Shown: positions 1 through 9,929, numbered from the stretch's first letter. The stretch: 30,000 nucleotides of DNA from Prodigiosinella aquatilis (GCA_030388725.1 CP128857.1:3049621-3079620); one strand, 5' to 3'. The notes: a model not told the origin generated them from the letters alone. Numbers and translations: made by a program.

Positions 1-524
1 ATGGTCCAGCCAATGGCCTGCCAAACGGTCACAATAATAACCGCCACCATCGCGCTATTGCCGTTTTCCAGCCAGGGAATCGGGGCAATGTGCATCCTGG
101 TGAGTAGCTGGTTGGCCAAACCGTTCTTGGTTTCGAACACCCAAGACCACACAATTGAAACCGCCACGGTTGGCGTGATCCACGGCGAGAAAATGACGGC
201 CCGGTAAAACTGACTGCCGGCAAATTTCTTATGCAACAACAGGGCAAACATCAATCCGAGGACCACGGTTGGAATGACCACGCCCAGCGCGAACCAGAAG
301 GTATTGAGCAACGCCTGATGAAAACCGCTGTCTTCCAGCATGTACTGATAATTATCAAAACCAACGTAATGATAATGAGGCGAGATATAGTCCCAATCAG
401 TAAAACTGATATAGACACTCCAGCCAAAAGGAATCAGCCAGAAAGTCAGCAGCGGCACCATCAAAGGCGCGATAAATATCAGCACCCTGATCTTCACCGT
501 CAATGATTGAAAATTTATCTTCAT
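1..524 (-). CDS. Sugar-type ABC transporter permease (MalF/UgpA-like), N-terminal part; the 3' end lies beyond the left window edge
   Basis: Absent from the ORF track because no stop lies inside the window. Hand translation of the minus strand from the ATG at 524-522 gives MKINFQSLTVKIRVLIFIAPLMVPLLTFWLIPFGWSVYISFTDWDYISPHYHYVGFDNYQYMLEDSGFHQALLNTFWFALGVVIPTVVLGLMFALLLHKKFAGSQFYRAVIFSPWITPTVAVSIVWSWVFETKNGLANQLL..., open to position 1. The alternating hydrophobic helices and N-terminal loop are typical of binding-protein-dependent carbohydrate permeases. There is no clear SD, so the start is provisional. Confidence 0.7.
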   Translation of the reverse strand, partial: MKINFQSLTVKIRVLIFIAPLMVPLLTFWLIPFGWSVYISFTDWDYISPHYHYVGFDNYQYMLEDSGFHQALLNTFWFALGVVIPTVVLGLMFALLLHKKFAGSQFYRAVIFSPWITPTVAVSIVWSWVFETKNGLANQLLTRMHIAPIPWLENGNSAMVAVIIVTVWQAIGWT

Positions 525-674
525 GGGACGCGCTGCTGTTGTTATGTGTTGGGCATATCCTATGCAGCCTCTATGACAGACTTGTTTGTCGTGACGTTAT
601 ATTTTCCAATACCAGTCATAAGATTTTATTGGGGGATGATGGTGTGAGGATCAGAAACTATAGGGGGGAATTGA

Positions 675-1541
675 CTAATTTTGCTGATGTAACCAGTCGC
701 AGAAAAAGTTCACTTTGGCATCCCGCTTGTTGGCCGTGATCAGATAATGACCGGACTCTGAAGGCATCGAACCCGGTAACGCTTCAACCACATACCCGGC
801 CTGCAAATCTCGCGCCGCGACAAGCGAACGCACCAGTAGTATCCCAATCCCCTGCTTTACCGCTTCCAGGGCATGCAGAGAGTTACTTAATTCCAACTGA
901 ATATTGGGGGCGACAGGCACCATCTTGTTATGTGCCAACCATTGCATCCAGCTCTCTTCATAGCCTTTAACCTGAATGGCCGGTAATGAAGACAAGTCGC
1001 CTTTTGATAACGCTTCGGCATGCAGGGCTTTAAAGCAAGGTGAGCACACCATCAGCCATGACTCCTGAAACAACCGCTCAGCACGGGTATGTTCAGTTTC
1101 GATAAAACCGTTGGTAATTTCCACGTCGGCATCAGTACAAGGTTCACGGGACGGCCAATCCACCAGGGTGAGATCCAGACGGATAAAAGGGAACTTGGTA
1201 ATAAAATCGTTAAGGTTGGGGATCAGCCAGTTATGGCCAATGGAATGGTTGGCCTTAACGCGCAAAACATCAGGTTGTTGCTTACCAAACAGCACTTCCG
1301 TCTGTAGCCGCAAGTGCTGCAAGGAGCCAGTCACCACCGGCAGGTATTGCTGGGCCACCGCCGTCAATACCACACCTCGCTGGCTACGCTCAAACAGGGC
1401 GCAGTCGAGATAATCCTCCAGGCTTTTCAACTGCTGGCTCACGGCGGCCTGGGTGACATGCAGCTCTCTGGCCGCCGCGCCAATAGAACCCAATTTCGCG
1501 ACCGTCTCAAAAGCCACCAACGCACGTAATGACGGTAACAT
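675..1541 (-). CDS. LysR-family transcriptional regulator
   Basis: 288-aa track ORF. The N-terminal wHTH LRALVAFETVAKLGSIGAAARELHVTQAAVSQQLKSLE is the LysR signature. Length and C-terminal co-inducer domain are typical (GcvA/AmpR-like subgroup). Confidence 0.9.
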   Translation of the reverse strand: MLPSLRALVAFETVAKLGSIGAAARELHVTQAAVSQQLKSLEDYLDCALFERSQRGVVLTAVAQQYLPVVTGSLQHLRLQTEVLFGKQQPDVLRVKANHSIGHNWLIPNLNDFITKFPFIRLDLTLVDWPSREPCTDADVEITNGFIETEHTRAERLFQESWLMVCSPCFKALHAEALSKGDLSSLPAIQVKGYEESWMQWLAHNKMVPVAPNIQLELSNSLHALEAVKQGIGILLVRSLVAARDLQAGYVVEALPGSMPSESGHYLITANKRDAKVNFFCDWLHQQN

Positions 1542-1799
1542 GTTTTTTCCCCTTATAAAAAAGCAGGGTAATTCAGCGCACTGATACTCTGATTACCAGC
1601 AGAAAGTAAGATGGATAAAACAATATCCTGTCAATCCAGGCAAATATATAAACACCCTTTCATGACAAATTGGGTATCCGCAGTTCTGAAAGAACAGTCA
1701 CAGCCATATATGTCAGTCTTCACAACTGAATAGCCAGTATCAGTATTGCATGCAGTCCTCTTTCATCTGTATGCGGACATGGTCTAAAGTGGACATGGT

Positions 1800-2112
1800 C
1801 TAAAAAGCACTGCGCCATAATCCATGCTGACTACAATAACAAAAAGCGCAAAAACCGCGCTTACAATTGAACTTGCAGCGCTTGCCCTTACAGACGGCGC
1901 GGTCGCAATAGACCTTGCACATCGGCGCCGACAAACGCATCGGCAAACCGTTATCACACTCCCAGGCCACGCGGTAAACGAAGTTTTTCATATTCTGGAT
2001 TTTGATGACCATTTGGGTCAGTTTGAGTTGAATCATCTGGAACTGGCCGATAGTCTTTTCAAACTGAACACGCTGGTTGGCATAGCGGGCCACATCCTCG
2101 AAGGCGCAATAT
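1800..2112 (-). pseudogene. Remnant of a CaiA/YdiO-like acyl-CoA dehydrogenase (internal ~70-codon fragment only)
   Basis: Track ORF 1800..2093 begins MARYANQRVQFEKTIGQFQMIQLKLTQMVIKIQNMKNFVYRVAWECDNGLPMRLSAPMCKVYCDRA. This aligns colinearly with residues ~255-325 of the intact YdiO in this window (AAKYANQRIQFGKPIGHNQMIQEKLALMAIKIENMRNMVLKVAWQADMHQSLRTSAALCKLYCARTA). Similarity continues upstream of the ATG (..CAFEDV, to ~2112) and is lost after ..CDRA, where a cysteine-rich nonsense tail follows. The N-terminal ~250 and C-terminal ~55 residues are missing. Confidence 0.75.
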
Positions 2113-2157
2113 ATAACCGGGTATCCGTTTTAAAGCCGGAACAAAAAGGGAATCATA

Positions 2158-2633
2158 ATGACTACCACCATTCCTGCTTATGCGCTTTATGGCGAACAAT
2201 TTGAATTGAGCTGGGAGAATTTCTTCAATGTGGAACGTCTATCTTTCCGTTCCAGAACATTGGATTGGAAAGTGTCTTCCCACGTACACGAATCCTTACT
2301 GCAATTGCTACTTATCCAGCAAGGGGACGTTGACGTCCTGTTGAATTATACCCGTTTCAACGCTCATGCGCCGTGTCTCATTCTGGTGACCAGCGTGAAC
2401 TGGTCTATACCGCCAAAACCATCAAGCAACTGGCAGCGGCACTGGGGTTCAATGATGAAGCCTATTTTACACGTTTCTTTCACAAACATGTCGGCGTCAG
2501 TCCCACACAATTTCGTGAGTTGGCCGTGCGGAAGATTGTTTTATCAGAGACTATCCCCGATGTCTCGGCCACCGATGGTCTTAAAAGCGGCTTTGCTGAC
2601 GCAGAAGGATCACAACCGATAGCGCTCGCGTAA
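2158..2633 (+). pseudogene. AraC-family regulator with an internal deletion and frameshift
   Basis: Frame 1 (2158..) encodes a cupin-type N-terminus (MTTTIPAYALYGEQFELSWENFF...HVHESLLQLLLIQQGDVDVLLNYTRFNAHAPCLILV), then nonsense. Frame 3 (from ~2390 to 2633) encodes only the last AraC HTH (ELVYTAKTIKQLAAALGFNDEAYFTRFFHKHVGVSPTQFRE). The ~150 residues normally between these parts are absent, and the two parts are out of frame. Confidence 0.7.
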
Positions 2634-2741
2634 TGAGGAAGTCAGTACGCCGGTTTTCGCAGAATATTCTCCGGCGCCAGTATATCGGCGTCGGAGATAA
2701 ATGACGTCAGACCATATCGAACAGCTACCCATCAGCCCATT

Positions 2742-4433
2742 TCATAGGGACAGCAAGGAACCCGGCGTCATCGAACTTGCCGTCGCTGGCTCGCCAGATG
2801 TTACCGGCGTCAACCCGAGGCGCTGGATAATATCTTGTCGCAGCAAATATTTCTTGATTTTCCCTGATGCAGTGCGGGGAAGCTTATCCACCACGACCAG
2901 ATATTCAGGATATTTATACTTGGCGACGCGCTTACGGCTGAAGAAGGCGATGACGTCCTCCAACGTTAACTTGTGGGAAGGTTCTTTCAACACCACATAC
3001 GCACAAGAACGCTCGCCCAAACGTTCGTCCGGCATCGCGACGATGCCCGCCTCGCGCACGTATGGATGTTCCAGCAGAATCTCTTCCACTTCGCGGCTGC
3101 TGATATTCTCACCACCACGGACAATGATATCTTTCTTCCGGCCAGTGATTTTGATGTACCCCTCCTCATCCATTCGACAGAGGTCACCGCTGTAGTACCA
3201 ACCGTCATCATCCAGCGCTCGAGCAGTCAGTTCGGGTTCATCCAGATATCCCATGAAGACATTGGGGCCACGGGAGGCTTCCTCACCTTCTTCACCACGA
3301 GGAACCAGCGAGCGATCTTTACTGACGACTTTGATTTCGACACCGGGAGCGGCGATACCATCAGTATTGATCACGCGGGACAGCGGATCGTCGAGCTTAA
3401 CGACAGCATGGGGCGAGCTTTCCGTCGCGCCGTAGACGCTCAACAATTTGATGCCGACCTGTAGACAATCGCGGGTGATTTTTTTCGGGATAGTGGTACC
3501 GCCGCACAGAAAGAAACGCAGTGAAGACAGGTCATAATGCTGTTGTTGTACTGTGCATAACAAGTCATAGACAAACGGGGTTGCTCCCATGACGCAAGTA
3601 CATTTTTCCCGTACCAGTAAGGTGAGGCAATGCACCGGGTTAAAAATATCCAGCAGCACACTGCGGGCGCCGATGAGAAACGGTGCGGTAACGCCATGCA
3701 AAAAGCCGGTGGCATGAGCCAGCGGCGCGGGCATCAATATCGTATCCAGCCAACTCAGATTCAATGTTGCGCAATAGGCGCGTTCGCTGGCCAGGATATT
3801 GTTATGAGTAAGCATAACGCCCTTGGGAACCCCTTCCGTACCGGAAGTAAACAACACCGCTGCCAGTTGATCGCCATGCACCTTGATCGGATATTCCAGC
3901 GGTGGATAGTCTTGCAACACCTGACTGAGCGACGTGACCGAGAGAGCGGGAGCGAGTTTATCAACCACCACCACCTGTTCCAGATACGGGAGTTGGCAAC
4001 GAAGAGGCGTAATCATCTCCATCGGGCAGGTATTCTTGAATTTCGTCGGCACGAACAATACGCGGGCCTGGCTCTTATTGAGCGTCCAGATGAGTTCCGT
4101 CTCACGGTAAGCAGGCAACAGGGGAACCGAAACAGCACCGGTTTTCAGACAGGCCAGGTAAATCAGCGTGAATTCACACCAGCCGGGGAGTTGAAAAGCA
4201 ACCCGGTCTCCTGGCTGAATGCCGCAGGCCAGCAGATAAGTAGCCAGACATCCTGCCGCGCGATCCAGTTCGGCATACGTATATGAGGCTCCCTGATTAT
4301 CAATAACGGCGTTTTTTTCGGGAGCCGCTTTCACCGCCTGATGCCAGTAGTCGGCGAGTGAGGCATCTCCCCAGTAACCTTGTTGTCGATATAATTCCCT
4401 GCGTGCAGCGTTGAATTTTATTGTGACAGTCAT
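2742..4433 (-). CDS. fadK: Short-chain acyl-CoA synthetase (AMP-forming), FadK/YdiD
   Basis: 563 aa with AMP-binding motifs LFTSGTEGVPKGVMLTHNN and GYIKITGRKKDIIVRGGENIS. Long stretches match E. coli FadK as I remember it (YRQQGYWGDASLADYW, AFQLPGWCEFT.IYLACLK, SRGPNVFMGYLDEPELTARALD, FFSRKRVAKYKYPE). It occupies the same position at the end of the ydiQRST cluster. Confidence 0.9.
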   Translation of the reverse strand: MTVTIKFNAARRELYRQQGYWGDASLADYWHQAVKAAPEKNAVIDNQGASYTYAELDRAAGCLATYLLACGIQPGDRVAFQLPGWCEFTLIYLACLKTGAVSVPLLPAYRETELIWTLNKSQARVLFVPTKFKNTCPMEMITPLRCQLPYLEQVVVVDKLAPALSVTSLSQVLQDYPPLEYPIKVHGDQLAAVLFTSGTEGVPKGVMLTHNNILASERAYCATLNLSWLDTILMPAPLAHATGFLHGVTAPFLIGARSVLLDIFNPVHCLTLLVREKCTCVMGATPFVYDLLCTVQQQHYDLSSLRFFLCGGTTIPKKITRDCLQVGIKLLSVYGATESSPHAVVKLDDPLSRVINTDGIAAPGVEIKVVSKDRSLVPRGEEGEEASRGPNVFMGYLDEPELTARALDDDGWYYSGDLCRMDEEGYIKITGRKKDIIVRGGENISSREVEEILLEHPYVREAGIVAMPDERLGERSCAYVVLKEPSHKLTLEDVIAFFSRKRVAKYKYPEYLVVVDKLPRTASGKIKKYLLRQDIIQRLGLTPVTSGEPATASSMTPGSLLSL

Positions 4434-4589
4434 TGGTTTTACTCAGTTATAAACAGTCCTTCCACCGCGTAATGCCATGCGCTCAACCCAATGATCGGGA
4501 GAGAAATACCGGCGGTTCCCAAAGAAATGTCTCACGCCTGGATTCCACCCTGTATCCCGCATTTACGTGAAGGCATAACGTGGCACTGC

Positions 4590-4615
4590 GCCGTATCGAC
4601 AATCGACGATACGGC
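4590..4615. other. Perfect 9-bp stem / 8-nt loop inverted repeat in the ydiT-fadK spacer
   Basis: GCCGTATCG (4590-4598), acaatcga, CGATACGGC (4607-4615). A second small hairpin, TCCGCtttccgGCGGA, lies just after the ydiT stop. Neither is followed by a U-tract on the minus strand, so function is unknown (RNA processing, stability or attenuation). Confidence 0.45.
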
Positions 4616-4667
4616 GGACAATACCTATCCTCTTTATCGAGGGACGTCCGCTTTCCGGCGGAGAGAA

Positions 4668-4961
4668 TTAGCCGAAACGGAACTCAATGCCAAAGGTGCC
4701 CTGCGGATATTCCCATTTCTTGAGGATCGTATCGCCGCACAGCACTCGACACGTGCCGCATTCCAGACATCCCGCATAGTCAAAGTGAATATTGCCTTCG
4801 CTGTCCTGCTTGTAGAGACCTGCCGGGCAGGCGTTAATCAACTTGCGGAATTGTTCCCTATCCGGATCATCGGCCAGGACAATATGCGGGTTGCTTTCGT
4901 CCACCCGGAACTTGTTAACCCCCAGTTTCACGTCCACATTTACCGTATTTTCACTGCTCAT
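4668..4961 (-). CDS. ydiT: Ferredoxin-like protein, FixX/YdiT family
   Basis: 97 aa with cysteine cluster CPAGLY...GCLECGTCRVLC. Its start overlaps the ydiS stop (ATGA coupling). It is syntenic with E. coli ydiT. Confidence 0.88.
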   Translation of the reverse strand: MSSENTVNVDVKLGVNKFRVDESNPHIVLADDPDREQFRKLINACPAGLYKQDSEGNIHFDYAGCLECGTCRVLCGDTILKKWEYPQGTFGIEFRFG

Positions 4962-6247
4962 AGCGCACTCGCCCCCTTGATGCCATCCTTCAGCAGATTC
5001 ATCAGCCCGACCTGTTTGGCCCGGCGCAATATTTTCGATCGCACGGGTTGGCTGGGGCTGCCATCAATAATGAACATATCGGTCATGATATCGGCGATCA
5101 TCCGCGGATATTGGGTAAACATGCGCGGATTTTCCATCATCGCTGGCACCTTGCGATAGCGGTGCATATCCTGTAGCACAAAACTTTGCTCCAGTGTTTT
5201 CCGGTAACGCATCAATTGGTTGGCGGAAAAGTCCTGATGGTGTTTCGCGTCGATAGCGGTCAGGGCGGCGGCTTCCGCTGAAGCGATAGCCAAGTCCATA
5301 CCCCGCACGGTGTAACCCAGATTCAGGCAGAGTCCCGCGGCATCCCCGACAATCATGACGCCGTCATCCACCAGTTGCGGCACCATCTCCAGACCACCTT
5401 CCGGCACCATGTGCGCAGAATATTCCAGCATGGTTCCGCCCTGAATAAGCGGACGAATAGCGGGATGCTGTTTAAAATCCTCCAGCATCTGCGGTACGCT
5501 TTTGGTAGCATGCGCCATGTCGCCCAACCCGCAGACCAGTCCCAGCGAGACAGAATCCCGATTGGTATAAAGGAATCCGCCGCCCATCAGACCGTTAGAC
5601 GGCGAACCAGCGAATAGCCAGGCAGCCCCCTCGCCAGCAGGAAGGTTAAAACGGTCCTCTATCAGGGATGGCGACAGGGATATCAGTTCTTTCACGCCGA
5701 CAGCATAATGATGAGGCGCTGATATCGGCACCATTCCAATAGAACGGCCAAGAAGCGAGTTAACGCCGTCGGCCAGAATAACGATGTTGGACTCCAGCGA
5801 CTCCTCACCGGCCTGTACACCAATCACCCGATTACCATCCCTGAGCAGCGAATCGACCCGGACACCAGGGATAAACTGCACACCAGCCTCTTCCGCTTTT
5901 TCCATCAGCCAGGGGTCGAACCGGTTACGCAGTACGGTGTAAGAGGCTTTCAATGGTATATCCGGTTGCTCGCTATGGAAATCCAATGTGACGGCGCTTT
6001 CATCGGTGAGAAACGAGATCTTCTCTTTGGTGACTTTGCGCTCGACAGGCGCTTCTTGCGCAAAGCCCGGCATGATTTTTTCCAGACTGTGTGCATACAG
6101 ACGCCCGCCGGTCATATTTTTACTACCCGCAGTGTTGCCACGTTCAATGACCAAAACATCCAGCCCGGCTTTCGCCATGACATAACCCGCCACACAACCG
6201 GCTACGCCAGCGCCGACCACGATGGCATCAAATTTTTCTTCCGACAT
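4958..6247 (-). CDS. ydiS: FAD-dependent ETF-quinone-type oxidoreductase, FixC/YdiS family
   Basis: 429 aa with an N-terminal dinucleotide-binding motif DAIVVGAGVAGCVAGYVMAKAG. An SD (GGGAG) lies upstream. It sits between ydiR and ydiT. Confidence 0.9.
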   Translation of the reverse strand: MSEEKFDAIVVGAGVAGCVAGYVMAKAGLDVLVIERGNTAGSKNMTGGRLYAHSLEKIMPGFAQEAPVERKVTKEKISFLTDESAVTLDFHSEQPDIPLKASYTVLRNRFDPWLMEKAEEAGVQFIPGVRVDSLLRDGNRVIGVQAGEESLESNIVILADGVNSLLGRSIGMVPISAPHHYAVGVKELISLSPSLIEDRFNLPAGEGAAWLFAGSPSNGLMGGGFLYTNRDSVSLGLVCGLGDMAHATKSVPQMLEDFKQHPAIRPLIQGGTMLEYSAHMVPEGGLEMVPQLVDDGVMIVGDAAGLCLNLGYTVRGMDLAIASAEAAALTAIDAKHHQDFSANQLMRYRKTLEQSFVLQDMHRYRKVPAMMENPRMFTQYPRMIADIMTDMFIIDGSPSQPVRSKILRRAKQVGLMNLLKDGIKGASAL

Positions 6248-6356
6248 GATTTCGGCTCCCTATCCCGCCACGATATCCGTCATCTTCTACGTTGCAGACG
6301 TCTTCACTTCCTGCAATGCGTAATCAATTCGATATAACGTGGCGGGATTTGTGTCA

Positions 6357-7310
6357 TTAACGGGTCAAGTGCTCAATAAGGGCGGGAACCACTTTATAGA
6401 TGTCCCCAACCAGGCCATAGTCGGCATATTTGAAAATAGGCGCATTCTTGTCTTTATTGATGGCGACGATGGTTTTAGCACCGTTGCCCCCAACCATATG
6501 CTGAATCTGGCCGGAAATACCCAGCATCAGATAGAGATCGGACTTCAGCAGCACCCCGGACACGCCGATGTAACGTTCACGTTCCATCCAGTGTTCACCT
6601 TCCGCGATCGGACGGGAACAACCGACTTCCGCCCCGATCGCCGTCGCCAGTTCCTGTACCATGCGCAGGTCATCCTGAGAGACCAGGCCACGGCCCACAC
6701 CAACGACACGTTTGGCTTTACTCAAGTCGACACTGCTCAAGGATTTGGCACGACGCTCTTTACACAAAATTTCCTGACGTGGCGTGACATAAGCGGCCTG
6801 ATAGACGGGGCAGTCATGGGAAGGATTAGCCGCGATAGGTTCTATTACACCGGACGCCAGAGTGATAATGGCGATCGGTGTGTTGATTTTTTCACTACCG
6901 AATGCCAGCCCCCCGTACATACGGTGTTCGACACGTGTGCCTTCATCGCTGACCGTTAATGACGTAACGTCGTTAACCACTGCCGCATCAAGCAAGATAC
7001 TCAATCTGGCGGCCAACGCTTTACCACGTTTCGTCGCGGATAGCAGAATCAGTGTAACGGACCGAGACTGAGCGGCTGGTTTCTCCACAATGGAAGCCAC
7101 GGTTTCAGCATAGTTTTCTATACGCTGCTGAGCGGACTTTTCCCCCAGCACATAAAGCATATCCGCACCCAGCGACTTAACGTCAGGCACAGTATCAGCA
7201 TCCTGTACCAGTACGTTGACATGTTCACCCCACTGGCGTGCGCCAGCCAACAATTCGGCGTAGCGATCGATATTGTCGCTGAACACCCATACATTGGTTA
7301 ATTTACTCAT
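6357..7310 (-). CDS. ydiR: Electron transfer flavoprotein alpha subunit, FixB/YdiR family
   Basis: 317 aa with the C-terminal FAD-binding ETF-alpha region (VGVGRG...YIGVSGVLLKSDLYLMLGISGQIQHMVG...IVAINKD..APIF). An SD (GGAGAA) precedes the ATG at 7310. Confidence 0.9.
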   Translation of the reverse strand: MSKLTNVWVFSDNIDRYAELLAGARQWGEHVNVLVQDADTVPDVKSLGADMLYVLGEKSAQQRIENYAETVASIVEKPAAQSRSVTLILLSATKRGKALAARLSILLDAAVVNDVTSLTVSDEGTRVEHRMYGGLAFGSEKINTPIAIITLASGVIEPIAANPSHDCPVYQAAYVTPRQEILCKERRAKSLSSVDLSKAKRVVGVGRGLVSQDDLRMVQELATAIGAEVGCSRPIAEGEHWMERERYIGVSGVLLKSDLYLMLGISGQIQHMVGGNGAKTIVAINKDKNAPIFKYADYGLVGDIYKVVPALIEHLTR

Positions 7311-7332
7311 GATGATTTTTCTCCATCCCGGG

Positions 7333-8097
7333 TTAGTTCAGCACTTTTTTCAGGTGTTCCGCCAATTCGCTAATCGCTTCTGGCGCATCACTTTCAATGA
7401 TGATGTGTTTACGCTCTGCCTGCGGTGGCACATGGATATGGGTCAGTTCGGTAAAAGGCGGCGTTGGCGTCCAGCCAATATCGGCGGCCTTCCACTGCGT
7501 TACCGGTTTTTTCCCGGCGCCGAGGATAGCTTTCATCGACGGAACTTTGGGAACATTAATATCTGAAGTAACACAGAGCACCGCCGGAAGCGGTAATTCC
7601 AGAATTTCCACTTCATCTTCCAGGGTACGTTCAGCCAGAATATGGTTATCAACCACCTGAATATTGCTGACGGCATTAACAGTGGGAAGTTGCAACATTT
7701 CGCCGACAAGCAAGCCGACCTGTTGGGCATATAGATCGCCTGAACCTTCGCCAAACAGTATGAGATCGAAGCCGATTTTACTGGCGGCGGCAGCCAACGC
7801 TGCGGCGGTATCTTTAGGGAGCGAGTGTTCCAGATATGTATCCTGAACCAGGTAAAGCGCATGTGGACCGCGTGACAATACGTCTTTACGCACCTTGGTA
7901 TTTTCCAGTAACTTGCCGCCCGCACTGAGCGCCATGACCTGACCATCAGTGCCGGCCAGTTGGGTGGCCGCTTCGATGGCATTCAGGTCAAACTGACTGA
8001 TTTTGGCATCAGCGCGATCAAAATTGAGCGTCCGCTCTGCGGTAACCACAATGTCTTGCTCTTCGGGTACCAGCTTGAAGCAGGTTATAATTTTCAT
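7333..8097 (-). CDS. ydiQ: Electron transfer flavoprotein beta subunit, FixA/YdiQ family
   Basis: The track ORF starts at 8115. I prefer the ATG at 8097 (MKIITCFKLVPEEQD...), which has a GGAGA SD 5 nt upstream. The fold pattern is ETF-beta and the gene is followed by ydiR. Confidence 0.88.
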   Translation of the reverse strand: MKIITCFKLVPEEQDIVVTAERTLNFDRADAKISQFDLNAIEAATQLAGTDGQVMALSAGGKLLENTKVRKDVLSRGPHALYLVQDTYLEHSLPKDTAAALAAAASKIGFDLILFGEGSGDLYAQQVGLLVGEMLQLPTVNAVSNIQVVDNHILAERTLEDEVEILELPLPAVLCVTSDINVPKVPSMKAILGAGKKPVTQWKAADIGWTPTPPFTELTHIHVPPQAERKHIIIESDAPEAISELAEHLKKVLN

Positions 8098-8848
8098 GGT
8101 ATCTCCTATCGGCAATAACAGATATTTGAATTAATGATGAAAGTTTGCATACCTGAATGGTAATGACGCAACAGGCTAATACAACAATTCAGAGAGATGC
8201 CAATCGCTGGCAATAAAGGAAAAGGAGATACTTTTTGTTGATTCATATTTTTCCCCGGTTAAAAATATATATCCACTTAATATATGAAGTAAGTTTCTTT
8301 ACTTCCCTAATGGCAGTTTCTTAGATAAAAATCATTTATCCCACGTATCTCAAGGAAGTAGACAAAATTCATGGTGATATATTGATACGGCTCCGAAGAA
8401 AAAACGACATGATAATATGTTTTAGTTACCAACTATCTTGCAAAAAAAGCGTTATCTAACACAATCCGGTAGCTATTTATTTTTATCCCACCCGATAAAT
8501 TGATGCATAAAATAAGGAAAATATTAAACACGAGACTAATGCGCCAAAAAAGATAAAAAAACAAGATGTGACGCACATCATAAATATGATTATTTCTGTT
8601 GAAAAAAACATTATTAAATTCAGTTAAAAATGAAATTACGTTCATATTGTAAATTCAATGTGTCAAATATGTATATTATTGATTAGCTCAATGTGTAGAC
8701 CAGAACCAATAAATTGATTAATTTCTGTAACAGTGACATGTTTTATAGTACGTCTGGATCGGCGTACTATCTTGCATGACATACAAACAATCTTGTTTTC
8801 GTGCGCCAGGTTCATGTTATAACTATCTTCGCTTACTATATATATCTT

Positions 8849-8965
8849 AAATAATTCGAGTTACAGAAAGGCAACAACCGGGCCAATACTCAAGCAATAG
8901 CATAGTAAATAAGTAAGTAAGCGACTGGGCAGCCAACGCTTCTGCGACGTGAAGCATGAGGTATG
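8849..8965. repeat. Degenerate ERIC-like intergenic repeat
   Basis: AAATAATTCGAGTTACAGAAAGGCAACA...GTAAGTAAGCGACTGGGCAGCCAACGCTTCTGCGACGTGAAGCATGAGGTATG parallels both arms of the canonical copy at 9933..10059, but the centre is diverged. Confidence 0.5.
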
Positions 8966-9017
8966 TCGTGCCACTCAATGGTTGGCTCAGACCTTACGGT
9001 TCAATGTGGAGGTAGTC

Positions 9018-9929
9018 ATGTATCAACGCTGGTTTGACAATAAAACGAATGCCATATTCGAAAATGGACTGACACCTAAACTCTCTCGATATGTTATTAG
9101 CGACGATCCCAATTGGGAATCCGGTCATCATGTACATGAAGTGGAAACCGAACTGATCTATGTAAAAAAAGGGCTTGTCAATCTGACGATTGATTCATCG
9201 AACTATATTGCTCAGGAGGGCGACATTATTGTCATCGAACGCGGTTGTTTGCACTCCGTGGCTTCTGATGCCACATTACCCGCAACGACCTATACCTGTG
9301 CAGTTTATGATTTCAAGATTACGGGTCTTGAGGAAAATAGGATAATGCAGCCAAACTCATGTCCTATTGTTTCAATAGCAAAAAATAAAAATGTTATAAA
9401 AAATATTTTCCATGAAATCAGTATGTTATTACCTCAGCAAATGAATGGTCTCTCATCACCAGTCTATGATGCATTTGGTTATGTTCTCACCGTCATGTTT
9501 TATGAGAACTTCAAGAGTGCGTATAGAACTGACTCAGGACATATAATAAAAGATGTACTGGTAAAAGACATCCTGGTTTATTTAAACAACAATTACAGAG
9601 AAAAAATCACCTTAGATCAACTCGCAAAAAAATTCCGTGCCAGCGTCAGCTATATCTGCCATGAATTCACCAAAGAGTACCATATATCACCAATAAACTA
9701 TGTTATTAAACGCCGAATCACGGAAGCGAAGTTTTCGTTAACTAACACAGAATTATGCCTGAATGAAATTTCTTTCAGGGTCGGATATGAGAATGTCGAT
9801 CACTTCACAAAATTATTTATTCGGCATGTGGGTTGTTCTCCTTCTGAATACAAAAAACAGTTCAAAAACGATCTCAATGGGCTGGAATATATAACAGAGT
9901 TTGGCGAACGCCCAGAAGTGTTAATTTAA
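9018..9929 (+). CDS. ydiP: AraC-family transcriptional regulator (cupin N-domain plus double HTH)
   Basis: The track ORF begins at a GTG at 8949 inside the ERIC-like repeat. The ATG at 9018 has a GGAGG SD at 9008-9012 and gives 303 aa. The C-terminus is ITLDQLAKKFRASVSYICHEFTKEYHISPINYVIKRRITEAKFSL...ISFRVGYENVDHFTKLFIRHVGCSPSEYKK. It is the only plus-strand gene inside the ydi cluster, as ydiP is in E. coli. The symbol is assigned by synteny. Confidence 0.75.
   Translation: MYQRWFDNKTNAIFENGLTPKLSRYVISDDPNWESGHHVHEVETELIYVKKGLVNLTIDSSNYIAQEGDIIVIERGCLHSVASDATLPATTYTCAVYDFKITGLEENRIMQPNSCPIVSIAKNKNVIKNIFHEISMLLPQQMNGLSSPVYDAFGYVLTVMFYENFKSAYRTDSGHIIKDVLVKDILVYLNNNYREKITLDQLAKKFRASVSYICHEFTKEYHISPINYVIKRRITEAKFSLTNTELCLNEISFRVGYENVDHFTKLFIRHVGCSPSEYKKQFKNDLNGLEYITEFGERPEVLI

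Noticed and set aside
2701-4286. Plus-strand ORFs 2701..3195, 2973..3464 and 3630..4286
   Set aside because: All are antisense to fadK, whose product is colinear with a known enzyme. Their sequences are Arg/Ser/Thr-rich nonsense.
4491-5159. 222-aa plus-strand ORF spanning the ydiT/ydiS junction
   Set aside because: It is antisense to two conserved, translationally coupled genes and has no independent support.
6339-6959. 206-aa plus-strand ORF
   Set aside because: It is antisense to ydiR (ETF alpha) and is a shadow ORF.
8103-8246. 47-codon upstream ORF (MNQQKVSPFPLLPAIGISLNCCISLLRHYHSGMQTFIINSNICYCR*) ending in the ydiQ SD, with a GGGGAAA SD-like sequence before its ATG
   Set aside because: The geometry is tempting for a leader peptide or translational coupling: the stop TAG overlaps the GGAGA of ydiQ. 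There is no conservation evidence available to me and no attenuator structure. I treat it as chance until it is checked by comparative alignment or ribosome profiling.
8433-8645. 70-aa minus-strand ORF in the ydiQ-ydiP spacer
   Set aside because: The DNA is extremely AT-rich, the peptide is low-complexity and rich in F, I and N, and there is no SD. It is most likely promoter or regulatory DNA.
8949-9017. N-terminal extension of ydiP from the GTG at 8949
   Set aside because: The extension lies inside the ERIC-like repeat, and the ATG at 9018 has a GGAGG SD and gives the expected length.
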